From the NCBI RefSeq assembly GCF_964204645.1, contig NC_134033.1:9494655-9558654 (forward strand): DNA of 64,000 nucleotides. Reading direction: 5' to 3'. Source of the stretch: Tubulanus polymorphus (taxonomy: Eukaryota; Animalia; Nemertea). Below the pieces are notes generated by a model. The model ran no database searches, was not told the DNA's origin, and was given only the letters and a program-made list of their open reading frames with translations. Of this stretch, positions 11,121-23,212 are shown piece after piece. Positions within the stretch are counted from its first letter, which is position 1; each line of letters begins with the position of its first letter. The position numbers and the translations under genes were made by a program.

Positions 11121-11477
11121 TTATTTATCAAAAAAATTACTATCTTCAAAATATTTAGTTATCTTAGTGATGATTAATTCAACATTTATTTCATTACTAG
11201 TTTGATTTGTATATATTTCAATTATTATTTTTTTAATATCATCGATGAAAAAATCTTCACCTAATTCATAAAATCTTAAAGATTCTCTAATTAAATTAGT
11301 AATCTTTTCTACATTAAAAGTTTCTTTATCTATTGTTTTTTCATACTCAAATGTTGTTTCATTAGAAAATGTAATATTTTTGATATGTGTAATTACATCA
11401 TTAATGTTAAATTTCATTTCTTTCTCACGTTTAAAATCAAATCCAAAACATATACTCGGTCCAACAGTTATATTCAT
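11121..11477 (-). CDS. Polinton hypothetical protein (homolog of 54523-54858)
   Basis: MNITVGPSICFGFDFK...NEINVELII shared by both copies. Confidence 0.75.
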   Translation of the reverse strand: MNITVGPSICFGFDFKREKEMKFNINDVITHIKNITFSNETTFEYEKTIDKETFNVEKITNLIRESLRFYELGEDFFIDDIKKIIIEIYTNQTSNEINVELIITKITKYFEDSNFFDK

Positions 11478-11493
11478 TTATATAATGAAAAAA

Positions 11494-12241
11494 TTACTCT
11501 CTACATCTTATAAATAATTCATATATCACAGGAAAGTTATTCAAATTAATTAAATAACCATTATGATTTCTTATTTCTAATCTAAAATTATTAAAATGTG
11601 GAATACAAGGTTTGAAATCACATTCAGTTAAATTATAATTTATTTGAGTTCCAAATTGTTTGACAATGGTAAAATATTAATAAACCAGAATTACAAATTG
11701 TATCTTTAGTTGCTTCGAATGTTTTTGTAGGATCAATTAAATTACAATAAATATAGTAGTGCGTAAAAGGTATTATATTTGGTGTAGTATAAACATTTGA
11801 ATAAAGTATATTTGGATTAACTCCTAGCATTTTAGCTAATGGTTTTCTTACTGCGAATTTATATTGTTCATTGGTTAAATTTATTCCTATTTTATTAGTA
11901 CTATCAATTTTATTAAATTTAATGTTAAAATTGGAATCACCTCTAATTTGTATTCGTGCTTTTCTATTAATTTCTTGAGCTAATGTTTCTAAATTATATT
12001 ATCCTGGTGTTAGCATAAGTTGAACCCATTTATGATTATTTTTATTAAAAATTAAGAAGACTCTATGGTCATTAGTTTTATCTGATACATTATAAAAAGA
12101 GTTACATAAACTTATATTTACTAATTTCAAATCTACACAATTCTTAAATTCTCTATCTAATTGTACTAATAAATTATGAGATTTATAATTTGTAAGTCTT
12201 CTAGAATCAACAAATATTCTGCATTCTTTTAATTCTACCAT
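11494..12241 (-). pseudogene. Minor capsid (penton-like) protein, frameshifted
   Basis: Fragments 11999-12241 and 11633-11830 plus C-terminal FRLEIRNHNGYLINLNNFPVIY; homolog at 53754-54505. Confidence 0.65.
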
Positions 12242-12299
12242 TATTTATAACATAAAAAAATTACCACTCATCACCACAAGTAATTTTTTTCCCTAATAA

Positions 12300-13575
12300 A
12301 TGGATGAGAAGATACCATGTGAAATTTGTGGTGAACTTCTAAGAAAAAGTAATATGGCTCGACATATGAAAAAACATGATGAAAATTATAAACCCCCTAA
12401 ACTAAACTGTCCAAAATGTAATAAATAATTCTCAAGAAATTATGTTAAAAAACATTCAGAGAAGTGTAAAATTAATGGCGCAACGGCTAATGTTGATAGT
12501 AATGAAAGAAATAGTAATTCTGCTGAAGTTGAACCTGAAGTTATTTGGAAAAGTCCTTTCTTATTCTATGATAAGGATAATATAAAAGATTATTTCTGTG
12601 AGCCTTGTCTAATGAAATATAGCCCTGAAAATATAGAAGATTGGGAGAATCATCAATTTCGTAAAGCACATATAGATAAAATTTCTAATAAATTTGAAAC
12701 TGAATTCAATGAAAGAAAAAATAATTTATTAGAAAAAATAAAATATGAGAAAACGTTACCAGATAATAAAGAAACATTTGAAAAGTTAGAAAAACAATAT
12801 AATGAATTAACAAGAAAAACATATTATTGTAAATATTGTAAATTGATTATTACAACAAGTAATTCAAATCTACATAATAGAACAATAAAACATAAAGAAA
12901 ACGTAAGAAAATACCAGGAGCTTAATGAAGATCTATTACCAATAAATTATAAACGAAAATGTCCACAATGTAGTTATGCGACCTTAAGGCAAGAAGGTAC
13001 TGTGTTATTTTGTAATGAATGTGGATGGCAAAAGAATTTATGGAGTGAAGAAAAAACTAGAAATTTTCTCATAGATCCAAAATTAAATTATCTAGATGAA
13101 ATTTTTAAAATATTTTCTATAGAAGATCATACACCAGAATATATGCAATGGCTTAAAAAAATGAAAATAATAGAAAATAAAAATGGTGAAATAACTAAAA
13201 AAGATATTATAAAAACAATTATTCCGTCAACATTTAACACAAAACAAAAGAAAATGTATTAAAAAATATAAAAAAAATATTCAAACAAATATTAATGTAT
13301 CATTTGGAAAATAGAATAACAGATCAATAAATTATGAATTCTTTTTAAATAAGATTGTAAATTATTTAAACATAGATATTATAATTCCATGTGATGAATT
13401 AACAAACAAAAAGAAACAAAGAGAGCGAGATGAAATGTGGCGCAAGATAGAACTTTATTTAAATAAGAAAAATGAAAAGGAAGAAGAACCTAAACAAATT
13501 ATACAAGAACAATTAAATGAAAATGAAGAAGCCAATAGTGATTTCGATTATGATGATATTGATTTCATGTTTTAA
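12300..13575 (+). pseudogene. Zinc-finger protein fused to a poxvirus VLTF-3 (A2)-like late transcription factor domain; one nonsense codon and three small indels
   Basis: ATG 12300 is in frame with ORF 12612-13262 across TAA 12426-12428; CPQC..FCNECG ribbon, NFLIDPKLNYLDEIF; after frame repair IFKQILMYHLENRITDQINYEFFLNKI...RDEMWRKI; acidic tail; stop 13573-13575. Confidence 0.7.
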
Positions 13576-16500
13576 TGTCCATAAGGTAATGTTTTTATAC
13601 CATCATCTGAAATATGTCTTTTATCATCAAATGGATTTAAACTAGTTTTTTCAACTTCATTAATATACATCTCGTGATCTTCTGATCTTAAACAATTCAT
13701 TTTGTGTTTCATTACAATTGAGTTATATAAACACTTTATATAATCTTGAAATTCTATATGTTTATCAACCACATGTTTTGTTATTCCTTTTAACTTTTTA
13801 GCTTCATGATCTTTTGTTCTATAACTGTACATTTTACTTCTTATCCCAACAAATTCAATCATTTCATCACCCCCTAATTCATCTTTAAACTTACCAGGAA
13901 TCTTTTTTTTATCATTGCTAAATAGTTCATGATCTTTGGGATAATTGCTAAAATCAAAATGATTTTTTAATGTTTTTAAGTCTTTTGTTATGTCATTTGT
14001 CTTGATTTTTAGTATGTACGCGTCAGTATTGAAGCAAATTAATGGAAATCCACAGTTAAATGTACCATCTTCAGTTGATAAATCATAAACATAATCTGAT
14101 GGGTTATATATTTCAAATAAATCTTTAACTTCTTCAGTTAAATCTTTTTCTGTGTGGCTTAGATTAAAGCAATTTGGTTTAGATTTAATCAATCCAATAT
14201 TCATATTGAAGCCTAATGAATTACATAATATATTTAACCCTGATATAGCAACTTTTCCTTTCTGTGCAAAGGTTATCTTTTTATCCTTTGTAAATTTTTT
14301 AGCACCTTCTGCTGCATAGAATCCAATGAAGAACCATTTTCTTAAATTATTTTTTGCATTTAATACATAATCTGGAACTATCTTTTCTTTTGTTGAAGTA
14401 TTACTTTTCACTATTGCATGAATATAGAATTTATCATTATATTTTATAGCAAAATCTTTAGGATTATTTACAAGTAGTCTATAAACTGCTGATGATTTCA
14501 TAACATCCATGATTCTAAATGTTTTATGTGAATAAACTTCTTCACAGAATTTCTTAATTCTTTCTAATAATTTTAAGTCTTGATTGCATAAATACCAACA
14601 ATATTTATTACCCCAAACATAATTATACACACCTGCTCAACCATCACCCATGAAAAATCCTTTGATAAAATATTCTTTTTCTTCTAATGTTTCGGGTTCT
14701 ATATTATAAATATTATCAATTATTTCATCAAATGACATATGATTCATTCTTTGGAAAAATCTTTTATGTAATAATTCATCTCCAATTTTTATATCAGTTG
14801 GTTTTATTTCATCGCCATTTCGTTTAATTAAACTATGATCTTCTGTAACATCTACAAATCCTAATTTAGTTCTAACTCTATAGATTTTCTAATTTGTTTT
14901 ATGCCTTATAATATTCTTTAATTTTTTCCATCCATTTCTTGTCCAAACATCCATTAATCCATTTATTTGTATTAATTCTTTTTCACCATATGAAATATAA
15001 CATTCATTTTGTTTTGGAATTATTTCTGAAATTCTTCTTACCAATATTTTATTATTACATTTTAATAATATTGGGGTGTCAGCTGTTACAGAATCAAAAT
15101 ATAATATTTCAATATGCTTTTCCCCAAAAAGTGGTTGTAAAACATTATAATAAAAATCATACATTAATAATTTTGATACTTCTAAAACAGTTGAACCAAT
15201 AAATATAGGTTTATCAAATTTCATTGACGTTCTTTTTAATTTAACTGCTGTTAAATAATCTTCAAATCTTTTATTTCCTAAATGTCTAGGATTGTAAATG
15301 TCTTAATCTTTCAGAATTATTTACTAATTCAATATCATTTCTATTTCTAATATTTTCACATGTTTTACCATAAAAACTATTAATCATTAATTTGAAGAAA
15401 TCTTTTTCAAAATCTGTTTTAGATATGGTTCTCTGTTGAGTATTGAAATCTATATATTTTTCTAACCACTTTGATTGATTAAATTCAATATATCTATGTA
15501 CTTTCTTTAATTTCATTCCTTGTTTTAGATAAAATTTTAACATTCTATAATGAACAATATAATTGTATTTATTATTTTGAGTAAGTATTAATTTTTCTGT
15601 AAAAACATGATCTTTCGGTTTTATTTTCTTCTGGTATTCACTTAAATAACTATCATCTACAGTTAAATGTTCTGGGCAATAAGGTAAGTTTCTTGTTTTA
15701 AACTTTATTTTTTCAGGATATTCTAAATCAACTACAAAGAAATAACCAATTGGTGCTTCATCATTTTAAACTCGCAATTGCGCTTTCCCAATCAGTTTTA
15801 TCATCATTTTCAACTTCTGTTAATATAAAATTTTTATATGGTTGAGGTTGCATCATTGCCCAGCCATATAAATTATTGGCGTCAATATATAATAATTTAT
15901 ATTCATCATTTGCTTTAAAATATCTATCTCCCATAACACCACTAATTCCACCTCTAATTGATTTTTCAAATAATAAAACCATATCTGGTTCTTTTAATAA
16001 ATCTAATTCTACATTTGTATATTTTAAACCACATTGCCAGGTTAAACCAGGACTTGAATAACAATAACAAGGATCAACATTAAAATGATTTAAATTAACT
16101 TCTCTAAATTTTTCAAATATGTCAGCCAATATCATAACATCTGATTTAAAATATAAATCAACTAATTCACCATGATTTTTCATCTTAAAATGGTTCCAAA
16201 TATTTAATGTTCTATTAAACAGTTCATCTTTCACATACTCCTCTTTTAATTGATCATAAAATTGATCTTTTAATAATTCTGTTACATTAAAATCATTGTG
16301 TGTTTTATAAAATGAATAAGGAATTGCGCCTTTATATCTCAATAATTTAAAATCTTGGTCATTTGGATAATAATATCGAGTTATAACAAAATCATTATCA
16401 ACTAAACTTTTTGATAAATTATCTAATGAACTTGCTAGAAATCTATAAGAATCTAAAAATCTAATGCAACCAAATTGAAATGAAATGTAATTTTCAGATG

Positions 16501-18632
16501 TTTTAGCTAATAGTTTAAAATCATATTTTCTTACATTTACACCATTCATAGCATTATATTCTTCTATTTCTTGATTAATTGAACCCAATTTCCTTGATAA
16601 TTGTTTTATAAATAGATGGGTATCATAACCTGATAAATTATGAAATAATATTGGCACGAAATTAACTTTCTTAGCTTGTAAATTGCAATCTTCATGAGCA
16701 GCTCCACGATATTTTGAATTTAAATGATCATGATCTCTAACTTTTTTATCAAATGAATAAAAACGTTTTTCACAATAACAACAATGAGTTGCATAATTAA
16801 AATCAATTTCATCTTCTTTTGTCATAACTATTCTTTTATTTTTGTTTAATAATTTTGCAAAATCACTTTCTAATTCAATCATTTTATCACAAAAATCATT
16901 AACTACATTTTCACCTCTAAAAGAAATATATTGACTTTCATATAATTCAGGATAATTTCATTTTATATAAATTCCATAAGCAGCAGCTCTTTGATGAACT
17001 TTTTTAATTGTATTTATAATTGGTGGGTCTTGTATTGTGTCTTCATTAAATTCATTTCCTTTATCCATTGATTTTAATAATTGTTTTTTGTTATATATTT
17101 CTTTTCTATCTTGATCAGTTAATTCTTTATTCAACGATTCAAAATCCCCATAAATTACAAATGGAACAATATTCTTAAATTTATGATTAGTAAATTTCAA
17201 TTCATAATCTTTTTCTGTTGGCATTATTAATTTACAAAAATCTTTATTATCACATAATTCTTTATGTTTTAATAATGTATTCTCTGTCATAAATTTAGAT
17301 AAACATTTTCTACATAGATAAATTCTATGATGATGATCACTTTCTGTTCTAAAGAATAAATCAATTTGTTTTAACCACATATAATGTTCATTTTCATCTT
17401 TTTTGTAATATAACAAATCTATAGCATTTTCATCATCATAATATTCTGTTAAATATAAAGCTTCCAATGTATAATCTTTAATATTTTCACCTTTTGTCTT
17501 TGGTAATTGCATTAATTCAAATACATTTATTTTTAAATTATTAACTTTTTCTATTTTAGGAATCATTTTTATAGTTACTGGATATTGATCAATTTTATAT
17601 AATGTTTCATATTTCCGGAAATTTGTTATTCTAAAACTATGCGTCATATCTTCTGTTGGGTGTAAACAACTAATAATTGACCATAGAAAACATTTATTAT
17701 CTTCATTTTGAACATTTATTACTGCTTTTGTTGTAAATGGTAATTTAATATAAGATGATGCTTTAATATCCTTTTCTGTTGTAAAGTTTGAATCATTTTT
17801 AAACATTTTATTACTTTTTGATGTTTTATTCCTTTTTGTATTGTAAACATTTAAATCTAAATATATAATTTCATTCAATGTTAAGCCAGAACCCTCAAAA
17901 TATCTTTCTTCAATATGACGTTAAAATTCATAAAATATTTTTTCTAACTTCTCTTTTATTTGCGTTTTTGAAATTATTTCTTCAGAGAGTGTTTGAATAT
18001 TATAATCCATTTTTTCTTCTGACTTTATAAAACTTACTTTCCCAGAGATACTAATTTTTGGATATTCAACATCTGTTATCAAATCTAGTATTTTTTCTAT
18101 TTTTTCATTAAATTTACTATAATCTTCTATTGTTGTACCTTTAAAAAATCTAAATATAATAGCCGCAGGACCAATTTTACTATGTAATGTTTCTAAAATT
18201 TCAATTGTATCTTTTATTTCTAGTGAATCAATATAATTTCTAACATTTTCCATGTAAGGTTTATTTGAAATGGATTTAGTTTTTGAATTTGTTTTTTTTT
18301 ACTTTTTGAGGTTTATCGTTAAAATAATCTTTTCCTAAAACATTATTACTCAAATTTTGGTGGTGTTTTTGTGATTCGAGATGTCTATTATAATTCCTTT
18401 TTACTATAAATTCATTACAGACTTCACATTTTATTTCATCCACATTCATATTTTCTAATCGTTCTTTTCTTTCATTGGAATTTTCTGAAGTTTCAAAATC
18501 TATAACATTTTTTATATGATTTGAAGATTTTTCATGATGCGATTTTTGAGATTAATCAATGTATTTTTTACAATATGGACAATAATATTGATTTTCATTT
18601 ACATCAATTAGTTCTGTCTTATTCTCTTCCAT
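13572..18632 (-). pseudogene. Protein-primed family B DNA polymerase (pPolB), intein-containing, several stops and frameshifts
   Basis: N-terminal zinc fingers; YGDFES, FHNLSGYD, FLDSYRF exonuclease motifs; DANNLYGWAM, KLMINSFYGK, YFD|TD, KLKGI polymerase motifs; RDHDHL..YRGAAHEDCNL endonuclease VII-like insert. Confidence 0.95.
14028..15092 (-). mobile_element. Intein with LAGLIDADG homing endonuclease in pPolB motif C (1065 bp, 355 codons, two in-frame stops)
   Basis: Block A SVTADTPILL, block B VTEDHSL, FIKGFFMGDG and FFIGFYAAEG, block F YVYDLSTEDGTF, C-terminus ICFN|T; absent from copy D (YFDTDS). Confidence 0.93.
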
Positions 18633-18689
18633 TTATAAGGAAAAAAAATTGCTTGTGGTGATGAGTGGGGATTACTTCCCCTTGTATAT

Positions 18690-18915
18690 AACAAGCACGC
18701 TATTAACCGTTCTCACCCAAGCCTCACAGCATCTATTTATCTGGGCACAGTTGACACGCAATCACTGTACTACTACAGTAATAGCAGACGCGTTAATAAC
18801 CGTTCTCAGTAGAGACTCACTGTATCGATCTATCCACGCGCAGATGTTGTTACGCGCACTCACTGTATATGTGTGTCACAGAGCAATCGTCCGTTCTCAC
18901 TAGAGCCTAGCTGTG
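18690..18915. repeat. Subterminal imperfect ~95-100-bp repeats of Polinton copy C
   Basis: ccgttctcac/ccgttctcag...ctcac recurs at about 18707, 18800 and 18891. Confidence 0.55.
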
Positions 18916-19520
18916 ATGAGTGGTGTCTCAACCTCTCAACCTCTGGTATGAAAGCCCACTTTTCCAATTACTTGCACGTACCCACGTAGGGGGATGGGGG
19001 TTTTAGAAATCCGTACAGGGGGAGGGCAGGGGTGAGCTCAAAGTGTACATACTTCTCTCAAGGGGGGGGTGGGTTATAGTACGTAATTAGTGCACGAAAC
19101 ACAATAGGCCTATGATTTTTACAAATATCCCGTATATTTGTTGGGATTTCCTGGGAATCCCCCCGTCTCGGTCTTTCACTTTGTCGATTCGGTAGGCCTA
19201 CATCGTCATCGGATCTCTAATGAATGCTGGTGATTTTTTACCATGGATCCTGAAAAATTCACTTTTACAGGGAGGGGGGTCATTCATAGAAGTATGACGC
19301 CAGCAGGGTTACAAAAAAAAAAACGTACAGAGAGCGTACATGGTGGGAGGGTTAAAATACCCGGAAGTCAAGCTTACACGTTTTATGCACGGCCTCTAGG
19401 CCTAAATAGGACCGATATTATTTGATTTTAATTTAGCTCCATGGCCTAGGTATATTAGGTTGGGCATACAGCTCACTTGCGCGAGAATATAGGCCTACCA
19501 GACACTGATATCTTTCTTAA

Positions 19521-20095
19521 CCCTTTCGCTACGTGTGACGTTTTGGAAACGTCATATGAGTGACACGTGCTGTGCGTATGACGTTGTAGAAACGTCATGC
19601 ACCTATTGATTTATAACTCGAACGCGTACACAGCAAACAGTATGGAAACGCATGTAAGACAAGATAGTTAGCTTTCTAAACAACAGATGGCGAAAATGCG
19701 TCAGTAGTTGGTGCTGTCAGCCTGTTGAGCACATGGTAATTTGCGCGGGATTGAGATGGCTCCCCACTTACGTACCTCTACCAGCGGAAAAGGATATCCC
19801 ATATCAATTGAATTTCTTTCATCCACACTGTAGCATCAATCACCAAAGACTGAGATAGGCACTTGGGTGAAAAACTGAAAAAAAAAAATTTCTAACCCAT
19901 CCTGACCCCCCCCCCAACACGCCCCCCCCTACAGAAAAGGCTGTTGGTATGATTTTTTACTGATTTTCACTAAATAACATCATAATCTTCGATAAAAACG
20001 CCAAAAATCGGGGTTAAAAACAATTTGAAAAAAATCGAATTTTTCGGAAAATACCTTACGTACGGGGCGGTGCAAGCGTGTACGCAGCGAAAGGG
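19521..20095 (+). mobile_element. piggyBac internal-deletion derivative (MITE) of the element at 26660-30184
   Basis: TTAA|CCCTTTCGCT...AGCGAAAGGG|TTAA; both arms nearly identical to the long copy. Confidence 0.97.
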
Positions 20096-21769
20096 TTAAA
20101 CATCCATCGAGATCATGGCATCACTGCCATTATAACACACACTTAAATACCGGCCCTTAATACCTTGTTCTGCCAATAGGATTTGCTGCCCGAGCAAACA
20201 GACTACGATGCCTTGCTACAACTGGTCTCACTTGTGGTAGCTCATCCAAGTCAATTGGTCTAGTACTATTGCCATTAGTGCTAGAACAAGAAGAGGTAGT
20301 AGGTAGCGTACTGGTATTAGTCGAAGACGTTGTCGTTGTAGACGTATTTGAATTCGTACCCTGCCTCATTAATCCCTACGACAAAGTGTCAAGTGTACTT
20401 CGGATAATGTTTATGGCTTCCAAAGCTTCATGTGGTGAGATTGGAAATTCTGACATGATGAAAATTGACGAATAATAAGAGTAAATTGTAAAGAACGAGA
20501 ATTGTATAGCTGCGCGAAAAGATTTCTGCGACGACCTTGGATGCCACGTCAATTCAATTCAAGCAATATTTATTATCTTTGTAACCGCAATCTGTGGGAA
20601 CCAGTCTATCTTTTGTCATCGTTGCTCGGGTGGATGTCTATCGTTATAATGCTACGCCGTTTGAAAGGGAACCAGTCTATCTTTGATCATCGTTCACTCA
20701 ATGATCATCGTTTTTAGATTAACATCATCAAATGTGATCAAATAATATCGTTAAATGAAGTTTTCTTCATCAATGCATGTTCTATATCGTTTCATAACTA
20801 ATATATATCATCGTTTTGTATGTTTTAGTATCATCGTTTCATATCTTTTTATTATCGGTTTATATCTTTTTAGTCATCATTCAACCTTTTTGTTATGTTT
20901 TGGTGGTTTTGGCCCGCCATATAAAACATCCCTTTCCAAAGAATACCCATCAGCAATTGCAATGAGAAATACCATTCAGCCCCCATCCAAACACACAAGC
21001 ACGTTGGAGAAGTAGTGAATTGTACTGTATGTGACAAACCATGAGTGATGTATTCAAACAAAAAACTTAGTCTGAAAGAAAAGGATCTTATTGAATGTAT
21101 TCCTGAAGGTTTTATCTATTTTTGTGGTATGGTACCGCAAGGAGCCCTAGAGAAAGACGAGATGTCCGAGGAGGAATGCGAAATCTTGAGTAAAGATCAG
21201 TGGCAGTCTGATTCCCATTTGGCACCCTGGGTGCAGCTCCACAGTTCAGAGTTAAGATTTAACTCTGAGTTAACTCATTGAGGTGAACTCACTTAACTGA
21301 GAGTTAACTGTAAATCACAGTTAACTGTAAATCACAACTGTGGAACTGGGTCCTGGGGAACGACTCAATGATTTGTTGGAGTACCTTCCACATGTATCAT
21401 TAGGGGAACCAGCAATTGTGGTCACGCATGGTATAAAACATGCCAGCGAAGGTGGCAGGACAACAGAGGGGTTTGCAGATGTTATGACGCCACTCAAAGG
21501 CACGCACCCTTCTGTCCCTCTTTTCCACCTACAGACCCCTGTCCCTCCCTGCTGGCGTGTGGTGACCACTATCGGGTAAACAACATCAGCCGGGTTAACG
21601 TCTTCTACCACACCTGACCCCCCAGATGGAGCACACTCCACAGTGAAGTTTTTTTCCATTTTTCTTGGAATTATATTTTTCTGCTCTCCAGGATGAGGAA
21701 CAGATTGGCCGTATTTACCTTTCGATGGTATAGATAATCTTGAGTCTCAAGACCGGACTGCCTGGTCGC

Positions 21770-21849
21770 TGATGATGATTGATGATGATGATGATAAACC
21801 AGATATGAAGACAATCAATAGATGTCCGGACTGCCTGGTCGCTGATGAT

Positions 21850-21912
<63 letters not shown>
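21770..21912. repeat. (GAT)n microsatellite with short local duplication
   Basis: Long gat run; ccggactgcctggtcgctgatga occurs twice. Confidence 0.95.
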
Positions 21913-21913
<1 letters not shown>

Positions 21914-22928
21914 AAATCATCATATCATGATTTATCTAACATGATTACGTTTATGTAGGAACGGATGGATGGATATTCAACAAAATGCGTAGCCCCCAGT
22001 AGACTAAAGCGGTTATCTTTTTTTTCTATGAAGCAACAAATTTACAGAATTACTATACTACTCACCAGTCATAGAACACCGACTGAACCCTTCCTCTGAA
22101 TGGGCATTAAGGCAAAACTGAAAGAAACCAATGCATAGAATGAAAATTTTGAAATTAGGCCAAACAAAAATGATACCTTGTTCCATAGAAATGAAACCTC
22201 ATTTTTGTAAAATATGATAAAATTTTTTAAACAGTTCATTTCTACAGCAGTCTGTAATGAATTAAATTGATCACTAATGTATTGATCATTGTAAAATTGA
22301 TCAGTAATGTATAGGGCATATAGGCGGCCAGCCGGGTCAACTTTTAAGCTCAGCAGGGCGGAGAAACAAGGTATCAAATTTTTTAGCCTTGTAATTATTG
22401 GCAATGGATATGAATGAATTCGACACCAATAATTGGTAAAAATCCAATGATAACAAAATCAGGTGTGGAGTTAAGCCTACACATGGATCTGGTCGGTAAT
22501 AACAGAGTTTGAAAGTTTATGGATGCTCAAAATTTGCCTTGGGTTGAAGCTATAGACCTTCACATGTTTTCATAGATATAGACCTATACTACCACATTGT
22601 TTTTGATATTAAGCGCCTCCTACTAAGAAAACCAAACAAAAAGTGAAGGGCCATTCAAAGTGGGTACATTATTTCTCAACAAATCGTGAAGCCACCAGCG
22701 TCGTTCCCAAAAGCCAAAAAAAAATACCTGCAAAGCAGCGATAACGGGTTTTCTGCCGAGTTGGTATAAATGACGTACTTAGATTTGGACAAAATCAATC
22801 TCAAATCAGTAGATAAACGACAGTTTTATTATAGGAGCGCCAACAAGGGACCAACACTAATACCAGATATAGAGATCAATGTGCTTCGCGAAGTACTCCG
22901 TGTACTAAATTTAGTCAAAATAGGATAA

Positions 22929-23212
22929 GGCCAAAGAAAAAATGTATACACGCGCATCGGTCTACAACCCCCGCGTCAAATTTTCTTCTCTGTAACAAAA
23001 ATCGGCTCCAAAATTAGCGCACCGCGTGCTAGCGCCAACTAGTCGCCGACCAGCTACTATACATCCGTTCGGACTTGTTCCTGACGACTAATCCATCACA
23101 CTCAATAGTCAAATGTAGGAACATTGAAAAAAAAAAAAACAACCAAAAAACGGCATCACTGCATCATTTTGTGCAGAAGGGCCTGACCAGAAACAGAATA
23201 TTTTTTTTGGCC
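22929..23212. mobile_element. MITE with GGCCAAA ends and TAA duplication (Zator- or Harbinger-like)
   Basis: taa|ggccaaagaaaaaat ... attttttttggcc|taa. Confidence 0.6.

Larger units (their letters stand above)
10951..18972 (-). mobile_element. Polinton copy C, left part (pPolB with intein, VLTF3-like gene, penton-like gene, small ORFs)
   Basis: Collinear with copy D in inverted orientation; terminal AGTAATT.. motif reading leftwards from 18972. Confidence 0.92.

Noticed and set aside
13990-14027. Divergent codons after the intein (TDA vs TDS) as a homing co-conversion tract
   Set aside because: C and D differ at many synonymous sites throughout, so two copies cannot establish a tract
13572-18632. 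Stops in pPolB as an alternative genetic code or programmed readthrough
   Set aside because: TAA, TAG and TGA all occur along with frameshifts and at different sites in C and D; decay or sequencing error is simpler
20100-21720. Short ORFs and exon-like pieces (Ser/Thr-rich etc.)
   Set aside because: No recognisable motifs or consistent gene model
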